Below, piece after piece: positions 28,385 through 37,320 of a stretch of DNA of 43,166 bases. The notes under the pieces were generated by a model, which had not been told where the DNA came from, made no database searches, and saw nothing but the letters and a program-made list of their open reading frames with translations. How positions within the stretch are numbered: the stretch's first letter is position 1; every line of letters starts with the position of its first letter. A program made the translations under genes and the position numbers. This stretch comes from Planctomycetia bacterium (GTDB lineage: Bacteria > Planctomycetota > PLA2 > JAEUHO01). The stretch spans positions 1 to 43,166 of the forward strand of contig JAEUHO010000223.1 of NCBI GenBank assembly GCA_016795345.1. The letters run 5' to 3'.

Positions 28385-30088
28385 ATGGCCGAGAAGCCCG
28401 TCCCGCGCAGGTCGATCTACGCCGTCGAGCACCTGACCAAGCTCATCCAGGGCCACGAGATCCTGAAGGACCTGTCCTTCTCGATCTACGAGGACGCGAA
28501 GGTCGGCATCGTCGGCGAGAACGGCTCGGGCAAGTCCACGTTGCTGCGGATCCTCGCCCGCGAGGACACCGACCACGACGGCGTCGTCCGGCCGTTCCCG
28601 AACACGACGTACGGCTACCTGCCCCAGGAGCCCAACCTCGACCCGACCAAGACGGTCCTCGGCAACGTCGAGCTCGGCGCGAAGGCCGTGCGCGACCTGC
28701 TGGCCGAGTTCGACCGCCTGTCGAACAAGCTCGCCGAGGACCTCTCGCCCGACGAGATGCAGGCCGTGCTCGACAAGCAGGCCGCGGTGCAGGAGCAGAT
28801 CGAGCGCAAGGACGGCTGGGAGCTCGACCACCACATCGAGCTGGCCATGGAGGCCCTCGACTGCCCGCCGCCGGACGCCGACGTGACGAAGCTGTCGGGC
28901 GGCGAGCGGCGCCGCGTCGCGCTCTGCCGGCTGCTCATGCAGCACCCCGACCTGCTGCTCCTCGACGAGCCCACGAACCACCTCGACGCGTCCACGACGG
29001 AGTGGCTCGAGCACTTCCTCACGAACTACCACGGCGCGTGGCTCCTCGTGACGCACGACCGGTGGTTCCTCGAGCACTCGACGAACCAGATGGTCGAGCT
29101 CGACCGCGGCCGCATCTTCGTGTTCGAGGGGGCGTACTCCGCGTTCCTCGACGCGAAGCGCCGCCGCCTCGAGCACGAGCAGGCCACCGAGTCGGCCCGG
29201 CAGCGGATCCTCTCGCGCGAGCTCGAGTGGATCCAGTCCACGCCGAGCGCGCGCACGGTGAAGAACAAGGCCCGCATCGCGCGGTTCCACGACCTCGAGG
29301 CGCAGGAGCTCGAGGCGCGCAAGGGCACGGCCGACCTCCGCCTCCCGACGGGCCCGCGCCTCGGCGACAAGGTGATCACGCTGAAGGGCGTCTCGAAGGG
29401 GTACGGCGAGCGGCTGCTCATCGACCGCCTCGACCTCGAGATCCCCCCCGGCGGCATCGTGGGCGTGGTCGGCCCGAACGGCATGGGCAAGACGACGCTC
29501 CTGCGCATGATCACCGGGCAGGAGCAGCCCAACGCCGGCACCATCGAGATCGGCAAGAACACGGTGTTCTGCTACGTGGAGCAGAACCGCGAGACGCTGA
29601 ACCCCGACAAGAAGGTCTACGACGAGGTCGCCGAGGGCGGCGACGTCATCAAGGTCGGGCGCGAGGAGATCCACGTCCGCGCGTACCTGTCGCGGTTCCT
29701 GTTCAAGGGCCCCGACCAGAGCAAGCTCGTGGGCCAGCTTTCGGGCGGCGAGCGCAACCGCCTGCTGCTCGCGAAGATGCTCAAGAAGGGCGGCAACGTC
29801 CTCATCCTCGACGAGCCGACCAACGACCTCGACCTCGAGACGCTGCGCGTGCTCGAGGAGGCCCTGGTGCACTTCCCCGGCTGCGCGATCGTCGTGACCC
29901 ACGACCGCTACTTCCTCGACCGCGTCGCGACGCACATCATCGCGTTCGAGGGCGACGGGAAGGTGACGTACACCGAGGGGACGTACGAGTACTACCACCA
30001 GAAGAAGGCCGAGCGCGACGCCGCCGCGGGCGCCGAGGCGGCCTCCAAGAAGGGCAAGTACAAGAAGATGGCCCGGCCGGGGGCGTAG
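28385..30088 (+). CDS. ettA: Energy-dependent translational throttle protein EttA (ABC-F ATPase)
   Basis: Two ABC cassettes (GENGSGKST / LSGGERRRVAL / LLLLDEPTNHLD, and GPNGMGKTT / LSGGERNRLLL / VLILDEPTNDLD). About 567 aa with a typical EttA N-terminus (IYAVEHLTK). Confidence 0.92.
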   Translation: MAEKPVPRRSIYAVEHLTKLIQGHEILKDLSFSIYEDAKVGIVGENGSGKSTLLRILAREDTDHDGVVRPFPNTTYGYLPQEPNLDPTKTVLGNVELGAKAVRDLLAEFDRLSNKLAEDLSPDEMQAVLDKQAAVQEQIERKDGWELDHHIELAMEALDCPPPDADVTKLSGGERRRVALCRLLMQHPDLLLLDEPTNHLDASTTEWLEHFLTNYHGAWLLVTHDRWFLEHSTNQMVELDRGRIFVFEGAYSAFLDAKRRRLEHEQATESARQRILSRELEWIQSTPSARTVKNKARIARFHDLEAQELEARKGTADLRLPTGPRLGDKVITLKGVSKGYGERLLIDRLDLEIPPGGIVGVVGPNGMGKTTLLRMITGQEQPNAGTIEIGKNTVFCYVEQNRETLNPDKKVYDEVAEGGDVIKVGREEIHVRAYLSRFLFKGPDQSKLVGQLSGGERNRLLLAKMLKKGGNVLILDEPTNDLDLETLRVLEEALVHFPGCAIVVTHDRYFLDRVATHIIAFEGDGKVTYTEGTYEYYHQKKAERDAAAGAEAASKKGKYKKMARPGA

Positions 30089-30110
30089 CCGCGCGATCCC
30101 GTCGAGGGGT

Positions 30111-30122
30111 ACGCGAGGCCCG
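30111..30122 (+). repeat. Dispersed 12-mer ACGCGAGGCCCG (forward copy), upstream of the 30151 gene
   Basis: Exact match, intergenic. Confidence 0.8.
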
Positions 30123-30150
30123 TCCGCCGGCGTGGGCGCGGGAGGTCCCG

Positions 30151-31707
30151 GTGCGCGCGTTCCCGACCCTCGTGCTGCTCGCCGTCGTCGTCGGCGCGTT
30201 CGGTCCGACGGGCCGGGCGCGCGCCGAGGACGCGCCGGTCGCGCCCGCCCCGCCGGCGCCGGAGGCCCCGCCGGACCCGGAGGCCCCGTCGGCGCCGGAG
30301 GCCCCGCCGGCGCCGCCGTCGGAGGCGGCGCCGACGAAGCTGCCCGCGCCCGCGTGGCGCGACGTCGCGGGCCTCGAGCGGCGGCTGGTCGCCGCGGTGG
30401 CCGCCGTCGAGGTGGCGTGCGGCGCGCCGTTCGAGACGCCGCCGACGGTGCGGGTCTCGACGGCGGCGGAGGTGACGGACGTGCTCCTCGCCCTCGAGGA
30501 GCGGCTGGGCCTCGAGCCGCGTTCGGAGCGCGCGGCGGTCCGCAACGTCGCCCGCGCGATGTTCGCGTTCACGGACTACGCGAACGGCACGATCCACGTC
30601 GTCCCGGACAACGTCGAGCGCATGGCCGCCGAGCGCCGCGCCCCCGAGCTGGTCTCGGCCGACGTGCTGCAGGTCGTGCTCGTCCACGAGGCGGTCCACG
30701 CCCTGGACTGGGCGCGGTGGGGGTGGATCGCCCACCGCAAGACGCTGAAGGGCGGCGACGCCCTGCAGGCGTTCTCCGCCGTCGCGGAGGGGCACGCGCA
30801 GCTGGTCGCCGAGGACGTCGCGACCGCGCAGGGCCGCCGGGCCGCGTTCGCCGCGATGACGCAGGCGATCGTCGCGATGCCCGACGGGCTCAGCCCCGCG
30901 GCGCGGGCCATGGCGCAGGCGGCGGTGGCCGAGGCTGCGTTCGGGTACGTCGTCGGCCACCGGTTCCTCCGCGCCGTGCGCGAGGCCAAGGGGGCCGCGG
31001 GCGTGGACGCCGTGCTGCGCGCGCCGCCGACCGAGACGCGGGTCATCGAGGACCCGCGCCGGTACCTCGGGCTCGTGCCGGCCGACGCCGGCGCCGTCGT
31101 GGACCTCGACGCGGTGATGCAGGTGTTCGAGCCCCTGGTCGCCGACCCGCGCTGGCGCACCCAGCGCGACCGCGCGCGCCACGCCGCGCTCGCGAGCCAG
31201 GGCGCGCGGCTCCCGGAGGCGCGCCGCGCGAACTTCCTGGCCGGGTACGAGGACGGGCGCCTCGTCGCCGCGGGGCTCGCACGCGGCGCGCAGGTGCTCG
31301 TGATCGTGCTCCGCTTCGCGACCCCGGACGACGCGGCGGCGTTCGTGCGCGACGACCGCGACCTCGGCAAGATCGGCGAGGACGAGGCGACGAAGTCCGG
31401 GTTGAGCGTCGAGGTGTCGGCGTACCTCGACGGCGCCGGCACCGACGGCGCGCTCCCGGGGTATCGGTACGCGAAGAAGCTCACGTACGGCGGCCGCGAG
31501 ACGCTGCTCGTCGGCGGCGACACGCAGGCGGGGGCCTGCGTCGCGTCCGTCATCGCGATCAACGCGCCGTGGATCACGAAGGAGGCCCTCGCCACGGTCG
31601 CCGACCGGTTCGCGCTCTTCGTGCGCGACCCCGCGGCGGCGCGCGCGCTGCCGCCGATGCCCGTCGTCGCCGTCCCGCCCGCCGACGAGCCCGCGCCCGG
31701 GAAGTGA
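30151..31707 (+). CDS. Secreted protein with a Pro-rich linker and an HExxH motif (peptidase-MA-like, function unknown)
   Basis: GGAGG lies 5 nt upstream of GTG 30151. Signal peptide VRAFPTLVLLAVVVGAFGPTGRARA/ED, then an (A/E)P-rich stretch, then VLVHEAVHALDW. Confidence 0.5.
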   Translation: MRAFPTLVLLAVVVGAFGPTGRARAEDAPVAPAPPAPEAPPDPEAPSAPEAPPAPPSEAAPTKLPAPAWRDVAGLERRLVAAVAAVEVACGAPFETPPTVRVSTAAEVTDVLLALEERLGLEPRSERAAVRNVARAMFAFTDYANGTIHVVPDNVERMAAERRAPELVSADVLQVVLVHEAVHALDWARWGWIAHRKTLKGGDALQAFSAVAEGHAQLVAEDVATAQGRRAAFAAMTQAIVAMPDGLSPAARAMAQAAVAEAAFGYVVGHRFLRAVREAKGAAGVDAVLRAPPTETRVIEDPRRYLGLVPADAGAVVDLDAVMQVFEPLVADPRWRTQRDRARHAALASQGARLPEARRANFLAGYEDGRLVAAGLARGAQVLVIVLRFATPDDAAAFVRDDRDLGKIGEDEATKSGLSVEVSAYLDGAGTDGALPGYRYAKKLTYGGRETLLVGGDTQAGACVASVIAINAPWITKEALATVADRFALFVRDPAAARALPPMPVVAVPPADEPAPGK

Positions 31708-31814
31708 TCGGCCGGCGCGACGGCGTGCGGGCGCCGGCCCCCCGGGTCCGCAGGCGCGCGACGCGCTCGCGCCCGCCGTGGGGCGCGGCACCTCCCCGGG
31801 GCTATCCTCCTCCC

Positions 31815-32711
31815 ATGGGACCCGCGGTGGACGACGCGCCGGACGATCCGCCCCTCCTGCGCAGCCTCGACCGCCTCTCGGCGAGGCCGTGGCTGCTGCT
31901 TGCGACGTGCGCGGGCCTGATGGCCCTGATCGCGATCGCGGACATCGTCACGGGCGACGAGGTGCTCCTGTTCGTGTTCCAGCTGCTCCCGGTGGGGCTG
32001 CTGGCCTGGGGCGCGGGCACGTACGCCGGGCTCGCCGGGGCCGTCGTCGCGTCGGGCACCGTCCTCGTGTCGTACGTCGCGCTCTCCGGCGGCTTCCGGA
32101 CCATCCACGTCTGGCACGCGGCGGTGACGCTGGTCAGCACGGCCGCGTTCGCGTGGGCGGTCGCGCGCGTGCGCGCCGACCGCCTCCGGATCGCGCGGAT
32201 GCTCGAGACCGAGCGACGGCTCTCGCGCGAGGACGCGCTCACGACCCTCGCGTCGGCCCGGGCCTTCCACGAGCGGCTCGCCCTCGAGATCGACCGCATG
32301 CGGCGGTCCGCGAAGCCCCTGAGCCTCCTCTACCTCGACCTCGACGACTTCAAGCACATCAACGACGAACGCGGCCACCTCGCGGGCGACGAGCTCCTCG
32401 TGCGCGTCGGCCGCCTGCTGCTCGCCGGGGTCCGGAAGGTGGACCTCTGCGCGCGCCTCGGTGGCGACGAGTTCGCGGTGCTGATGCCCGAGACCGGCGC
32501 CGACGACGCGCTCGTGGTCGCGGAGCGCCTGCGCGACGCGATGCTCAAGTCGTTCCGCGACGGCGGCGCGTCGGTCGGGATGAGCGGCGGGCTCGGCACG
32601 TTCACGGTCGCCCCGGTGGACGCGCACGTCCCGCTCAACCAGGCGGACCAGCTGATGTACGAGGCGAAGCGGGGCGGCAAGAACCGGATCGTGGCCCGCA
32701 CGTTCCCCTGA
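31815..32711 (+). CDS. Membrane-anchored diguanylate cyclase (GGDEF domain)
   Basis: About 4 N-terminal TM helices, then LLYLDLDDFKHINDERGH, RLGGDEFAVLM and ADQLMYEAKRGGKN. Confidence 0.9.
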   Translation: MGPAVDDAPDDPPLLRSLDRLSARPWLLLATCAGLMALIAIADIVTGDEVLLFVFQLLPVGLLAWGAGTYAGLAGAVVASGTVLVSYVALSGGFRTIHVWHAAVTLVSTAAFAWAVARVRADRLRIARMLETERRLSREDALTTLASARAFHERLALEIDRMRRSAKPLSLLYLDLDDFKHINDERGHLAGDELLVRVGRLLLAGVRKVDLCARLGGDEFAVLMPETGADDALVVAERLRDAMLKSFRDGGASVGMSGGLGTFTVAPVDAHVPLNQADQLMYEAKRGGKNRIVARTFP

Positions 32712-32850
32712 CGGGCCCGCCCCCGGGCCGTGCCCGCCCCGCGCGGGGCCGGGACGCGCCGCGCGCGGGGCAGGGGGGGCGCCGGCCCGAGAAGCATGGC
32801 GACCGGCCCGGGCGCCCGCCGTACCCTCGTCGGCTCGCCCGGAGGTCGCC

Positions 32851-34452
32851 ATGCCGGATCGCGCCGCGAAGAAGGTCGTCACCGCCTGGACCGAGCGCCT
32901 CGAGCCGCTCCACCGCGAGTCGTCCCTCGCCTGGTGGGCGTCGAACACCGAGGCCTCCGCCGCGAACACCACGCGCTTCCGCGCGGCGCTCACCGCCGTC
33001 GAGGAGGCCAGCGAGGACGCCGACGGCTTCGCCCGCCTCGAGCGCAGCCTCGCCGAGCCGCTCGCCGACGCGGCCACCCGCCGCAGCCTCGAGGTCCTCC
33101 GCCGCGACCTGCTGCCGTTCCAGGGCCCGCGCGACGTGCGCCTCCAGCTGGTCGACCTGCGCGCCTCGGTCAACGAGCGCTTCTCGTCGGTCCGCGGCAC
33201 CGTGCGCGGCAAGTCCCTCGGCGACAACGAGATCGTGGACGTCCTCAAGCGCAGCGACGACGTGGCCCTGCGCGAGGAGACGTGGAAGGCCAGCAAGCAG
33301 GTCGGCGCCGCCGTCGCCGACGACGTCCGCCGCCTCGCCCGGCTCCGCAACCAGGTCGCGCGCGCCCTCGGCCATCCCGACCACTACACCTTCGCGCTCC
33401 GCCAGCAGGACGTGGACCCCGCGTGGCTCGACGCGTTCCTCACGCGCCTCGACGAGGCGACCGCCGCGCCGTTCGCCGCGTACAAGGCCGCGCTCGACGC
33501 GCGCCTCGCGCGCCGCTTCCGCGTGGACCCGTCGGCCCTGCGCCCCTGGCACTACGAGGACCCCTTCTTCCAGGAGGCGCCCGAGACGGGCCGCCCGTCC
33601 TTCGACCGCCTCTTCGCCGGCCGCGACCTCGTCGACCTCACGGTCCGCACCTACGACGCGCTCGGCCTCGACGTCCGGCCCGCCGTCGAGCGCAGCGACC
33701 TCCTGCCGCGCGCGGGCAAGTGCCAGCACGCCTTCTGCACGCACATCGACCGGCGCGGCGACGTCCGCGTGCTCTGCAACAACGTCCCCAACGAGCGCTG
33801 GACGGGGACGATGCTCCACGAGTTCGGCCACGCGATCTACGACCTCGAGATCGACCGCGGCCTGCCGTGGGTCCTGCGCCGCCCGCCGCACATGAGCAGC
33901 ACCGAGGCCATCGCGATGCTCTTCGGGCGCCTCTCGAAGGACGCGGCGTGGCTCGTGCCCGTGCTCGGCCTCGCGCCGTCCGAGGCGAAGGACGTCGCCG
34001 CCGCGGCCGGCCCCGCGTTCGCCGAGGGCATGCTCGTCTTCACGCGCTGGGTGATGGTGATGGCGCGCTTCGAGCGCGCGCTCTACGCCGACCCCGAGCA
34101 GGACCTCGACACGCTCTGGTGGGACCTCGTCGAGCGCTACCAGCGCGTCCGACGCCCCGACGGCCGCAAGGCCCCCGACTGGGCCGCGAAGATCCACATC
34201 GCCACCGCGCCGGTCTACTACCACAGCTACCTCATGGGCGAGTGCACGGCGTCGCAGCTGCTCCACCACGTCCGCACGACGACGGGCCAGGGCCTCGTCG
34301 GCAACCGCGCGGCCGGCACGTTCCTGCGCGACGTCTTCTTCCGCCCGGGCTCCACCCGCAGCTGGAACGACCACCTCGCCGCGGCGACCGGGAAGCCCCT
34401 CGAACCGACCGCCTTCCTCGCGGACATCGCCGCCGCCTCTGCCTCCGCCTGA
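32851..34452 (+). CDS. Gluzincin metallopeptidase, ACE(M2)/M3-like
   Basis: HEFGHAIY followed by ...STEAIAMLFG (third ligand Glu). The N-terminal SLAWWASNTEAS resembles M2-type proteins. GGAGG upstream of the ATG. I cannot resolve the exact family without a search. Confidence 0.75.
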   Translation: MPDRAAKKVVTAWTERLEPLHRESSLAWWASNTEASAANTTRFRAALTAVEEASEDADGFARLERSLAEPLADAATRRSLEVLRRDLLPFQGPRDVRLQLVDLRASVNERFSSVRGTVRGKSLGDNEIVDVLKRSDDVALREETWKASKQVGAAVADDVRRLARLRNQVARALGHPDHYTFALRQQDVDPAWLDAFLTRLDEATAAPFAAYKAALDARLARRFRVDPSALRPWHYEDPFFQEAPETGRPSFDRLFAGRDLVDLTVRTYDALGLDVRPAVERSDLLPRAGKCQHAFCTHIDRRGDVRVLCNNVPNERWTGTMLHEFGHAIYDLEIDRGLPWVLRRPPHMSSTEAIAMLFGRLSKDAAWLVPVLGLAPSEAKDVAAAAGPAFAEGMLVFTRWVMVMARFERALYADPEQDLDTLWWDLVERYQRVRRPDGRKAPDWAAKIHIATAPVYYHSYLMGECTASQLLHHVRTTTGQGLVGNRAAGTFLRDVFFRPGSTRSWNDHLAAATGKPLEPTAFLADIAAASASA

Positions 34453-34501
34453 CGCCGCGCCGCCCGGCTCCGTTCCCCGGGCTCCCCATCCCCTTCCCGG
34501 G

Positions 34502-34577
34502 ACCGCGGGGCCCGCTCGCTCGCACGCGAGGCCCGCTCGGGGGCACGCGAGGCCCGTAGGTCGATACGCGAGGCCCG
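34502..34577 (+). repeat. Tandem array (21-22-bp period): one degenerate plus three exact copies of ACGCGAGGCCCG
   Basis: Exact 12-mers at 34524-34535, 34545-34556 and 34566-34577, and a degenerate ACCGCGGGGCCCG at 34502-34514. An inverted copy CGGGCCTCGCGT lies at 34657-34668. Confidence 0.9.
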
Positions 34578-34656
34578 CTCGTGCGCGCCGTTCGCGTCGC
34601 CGCCGTCGGTCGGCGCGTCGGACGGCGCGTCGGACGGGGACCGACATGGCGGCGAC

Positions 34657-34668
34657 CGGGCCTCGCGT
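34657..34668 (-). repeat. Dispersed 12-mer (reverse copy), partner of the tandem array
   Basis: Exact match. About 30 nt including the flanks (ggcgaccgggcctcgcgtYggcggacRggg) is shared with the copy at 42745-42774. Confidence 0.8.
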
Positions 34669-34765
34669 CGGCGGACGGGGGACGCGGTCCCGGGGCTTCG
34701 GGCGCGCGCGACGGGAAGGCCACGGGGGGCCACGTCGTCGGAGGAAAGGGAGTACCCTGTCCGAC

Positions 34766-37255
34766 ATGGGCCTTCGCGCGGGGACCTGGCTGGCGGGCGG
34801 GATCGCGGCGCTCGTCGCGGGCGTGTTCGTCGCCGCGTTGCGGCCGGCCGACGAGGCCGTCGTGCCGGACGACGACGGGCTCGAGGCCGCGGTCGTCCCC
34901 GTCCCGGTGACGCTCGACGGGCGGCGGCCCGGGGCCGCCGCGCCCACGCCGGCGGCGACGGACGCGGGGGACCCGCGCGAGCGGCCGGGGTCGGTGCGGA
35001 TGCGTGTCGTCCGCGCGCCCGACGACGCGCCGGTGCCCGGGATCCCGGTGTTCCTGCGCCGCGACGTGGCGCCGCGCGGGCCGTTCCACCTGCTCGCGTG
35101 GACCGACGAACGGGGCCTCGTCGCGTTCCCCGAGGTGTGGCCCGGGACGGGCCTGCGGCTGCGCGTGCAGGCGGGCGCGGGGCCGCGGGTGGAGCGCGAC
35201 GACGTCGTCGTGCGCGCGGGCGAGGCCACGGATCTCGGCGACGTGCGGCTGGACCCGCTCGGCCTCGTGGACGCGCTCGTCGTGGACGAGGTGGGGAAGC
35301 CGATCGAGGACGCGCGCGTCGTCGCGACGCTCGACCCGGAGACGATCGCGTCGCTCGACACCGACGCGTTCCCGCTGCCCCCCGACCCGCCGTCGCCGGT
35401 GGCGGCCGGGCGCAGCGACAACCACGGGCGCGTGCGCCTCGAGGGCGTGCCGCCGGGCATCGTGGCCCTGCGTGCGACGAAGCCGCCGCTCCGCGGGGCG
35501 ACGGACCGCGTGCGGGTGCCGGCCGCCGGGGCCGACTCGGCGGTCGTGACGATCGTGCTGCGGCCGGGCGCGCTCGCGGGGCTCGCCGTGTCCGCCGACG
35601 GGCGGCCGGTCGCCGACCTGCCGGTGCGGTTCGGCGAGCAGCGGCTCGACGACTTCTTCGTGCGCGGGACCGCGATCACCGACGCGGAAGGGTTCGCGAT
35701 CCTCGGCGGCTTCGCCCGCCACGTGCGGTTCGACGCGGAGTTCGACGTGCCCGGGCGCGGCACGTTCTCGGTGGTCGGGCTCGGCGTCGGAGGCGCGGAG
35801 CGCGTGACGCTCGGGGCCGCCGGGCGGTACGCCGTCCGCGTCGTGGACGAGACGGGACGCCCGGTGGCCGGCGCCCGGGTCGGGGCCCGTTCGACGGCGA
35901 CCCGCGCGCCGCTGATCGCGCCGGCGGCGCGCGAGGGGACCCGCCGCGAGCGGCGGCGCTCGGCGCCGCCCGCGGTCGAGGTCGTCGGCGTCACCGGCTC
36001 CGACGGGCGCGTGACGCTCGACACCGGCGGACCGCCGAGCGGGCTCTGGGCGGTGCACCCCGACTACCTCGCGTACGGCGACGCGCCCGGGCTGCAGGGG
36101 GACACCGTGCCGCCGCCGCCGTCGGACGATCGTGCGGCGCCGCGCATCGTGCTCCTGCGGGGCGTCCGCGTCACCGGGCACGTCACCGACCCGAAGGGCG
36201 CGCGAGCGCCCGGCGCGATCGTCCGGGCCGTCGGCGACGCCGGCCGCGACCTGGGGTCGACCCGCACCGACGAGAAGGGCGAGTTCGTGCTCCCAGCGGT
36301 CGTCCCGGAGCGGGTGCGCTGGATCACCGCGTCACGGGAGCTGCCCACGCTGTTCGGTTGGTGCCGCCTCCCGCGGGGCCACCGGCCGCACGCCCTGACG
36401 TCGGTGCACGTCGCGCTCGCCGAGCCCGCGCGGGTGCGTGGTCGCGTGACGGATGCGCGCGGGGCCCGGGTCGAGGGCGCCCGGGTGTCGATCGTCGGCA
36501 CCCTGACCACGACGTGGACCGACGCGCGCGGCGAGTTCGTCCTCGGGCCGCTGCTCACCGTCGGTCAGGAGCTGCCGCCCTCGATGGTCGTCGAGGCCAC
36601 CAGCGTCGGGCAGGGCGTGGCGCGCGTCGTCCAGCGGTGGCCTCGACCCGGCGCCGAGCCCAAGTGGCTCGAGTTGTCGGTCGGCGAGACGAAGGACGTC
36701 GAAGGGTACGTGCAGGACGCCGATCGGAGGTCGATCCCGTTCCCGATCGTCGAGCTCATCGACGTCGCCGAGCCGACGGAGGCCGTCGCGAGGCGGATCG
36801 TCTCCGCGGACGAGTTCGGCCGGTTCGTCGTGCGGGACGTGTTGCCGGGCACGTACCAGGTGCGCGCCCGCGCACGGGGACTCGACGGCTTCGCCGACGG
36901 CACGGTGGAGGTCCGCGCGGACCCGCGCTCTGAGCCCAAGGTGGCTCCGGTGACCGTGCGGCCCGCGCCCACGATCCGCGGCACCGTCGTCCTCGCGAGC
37001 GACGGGATGCCGGTCGCGGACGCGAGGGTCGTCCTGACGGCCCGGGTTCAGTCCGCCGCCGGTCGGACGGTCCAGGTCCTGCGCGACTCCACCCAGTCGG
37101 ATGCCCAGGGCCGATTCACGTTCTCGGCGCCCGGCCTGATCGGCGGCATCCTCACGGCGACGTCGATCCGCGGCGACGGGCGGAACGCCGAGCTCAAGGC
37201 GTACGGGTCGATCGACGGCGACGACACGGACCACGTCGAGCTCGGGCTCCGCTGA
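34766..37255 (+). CDS. Membrane-anchored protein with multiple carboxypeptidase-regulatory-like (CarboxypepD_reg / PEGA-type) beta-sandwich repeats
   Basis: N-terminal TM (WLAGGIAALVAGVFVAAL), then recurring modules such as VRGRVTDARGARVEGARVSIVG, VTGHVTDPKGARAPGAIVRAV and IRGTVVLASDGMPVADARVVLTA. An alternative in-frame ATG lies at 34646. Confidence 0.65.
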   Translation: MGLRAGTWLAGGIAALVAGVFVAALRPADEAVVPDDDGLEAAVVPVPVTLDGRRPGAAAPTPAATDAGDPRERPGSVRMRVVRAPDDAPVPGIPVFLRRDVAPRGPFHLLAWTDERGLVAFPEVWPGTGLRLRVQAGAGPRVERDDVVVRAGEATDLGDVRLDPLGLVDALVVDEVGKPIEDARVVATLDPETIASLDTDAFPLPPDPPSPVAAGRSDNHGRVRLEGVPPGIVALRATKPPLRGATDRVRVPAAGADSAVVTIVLRPGALAGLAVSADGRPVADLPVRFGEQRLDDFFVRGTAITDAEGFAILGGFARHVRFDAEFDVPGRGTFSVVGLGVGGAERVTLGAAGRYAVRVVDETGRPVAGARVGARSTATRAPLIAPAAREGTRRERRRSAPPAVEVVGVTGSDGRVTLDTGGPPSGLWAVHPDYLAYGDAPGLQGDTVPPPPSDDRAAPRIVLLRGVRVTGHVTDPKGARAPGAIVRAVGDAGRDLGSTRTDEKGEFVLPAVVPERVRWITASRELPTLFGWCRLPRGHRPHALTSVHVALAEPARVRGRVTDARGARVEGARVSIVGTLTTTWTDARGEFVLGPLLTVGQELPPSMVVEATSVGQGVARVVQRWPRPGAEPKWLELSVGETKDVEGYVQDADRRSIPFPIVELIDVAEPTEAVARRIVSADEFGRFVVRDVLPGTYQVRARARGLDGFADGTVEVRADPRSEPKVAPVTVRPAPTIRGTVVLASDGMPVADARVVLTARVQSAAGRTVQVLRDSTQSDAQGRFTFSAPGLIGGILTATSIRGDGRNAELKAYGSIDGDDTDHVELGLR

Positions 37256-37317
37256 CGCGAGGCCCGCCGGCCCGCGGAACGCACGAGCCGCGCACCTGGC
37301 GGCCAGCGGGCCTCGCG
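37256..37317. terminator. Long GC-rich hairpin (12-bp perfect stem made of an inverted pair of the dispersed motif) filling the gap between convergent genes; candidate bidirectional terminator
   Basis: CGCGAGGCCCGC (37256-37267) pairs with GCGGGCCTCGCG (37306-37317), with a 4-bp extension after one mismatch. There is no U-tract. Confidence 0.45.
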
Positions 37318-37320
37318 GTC

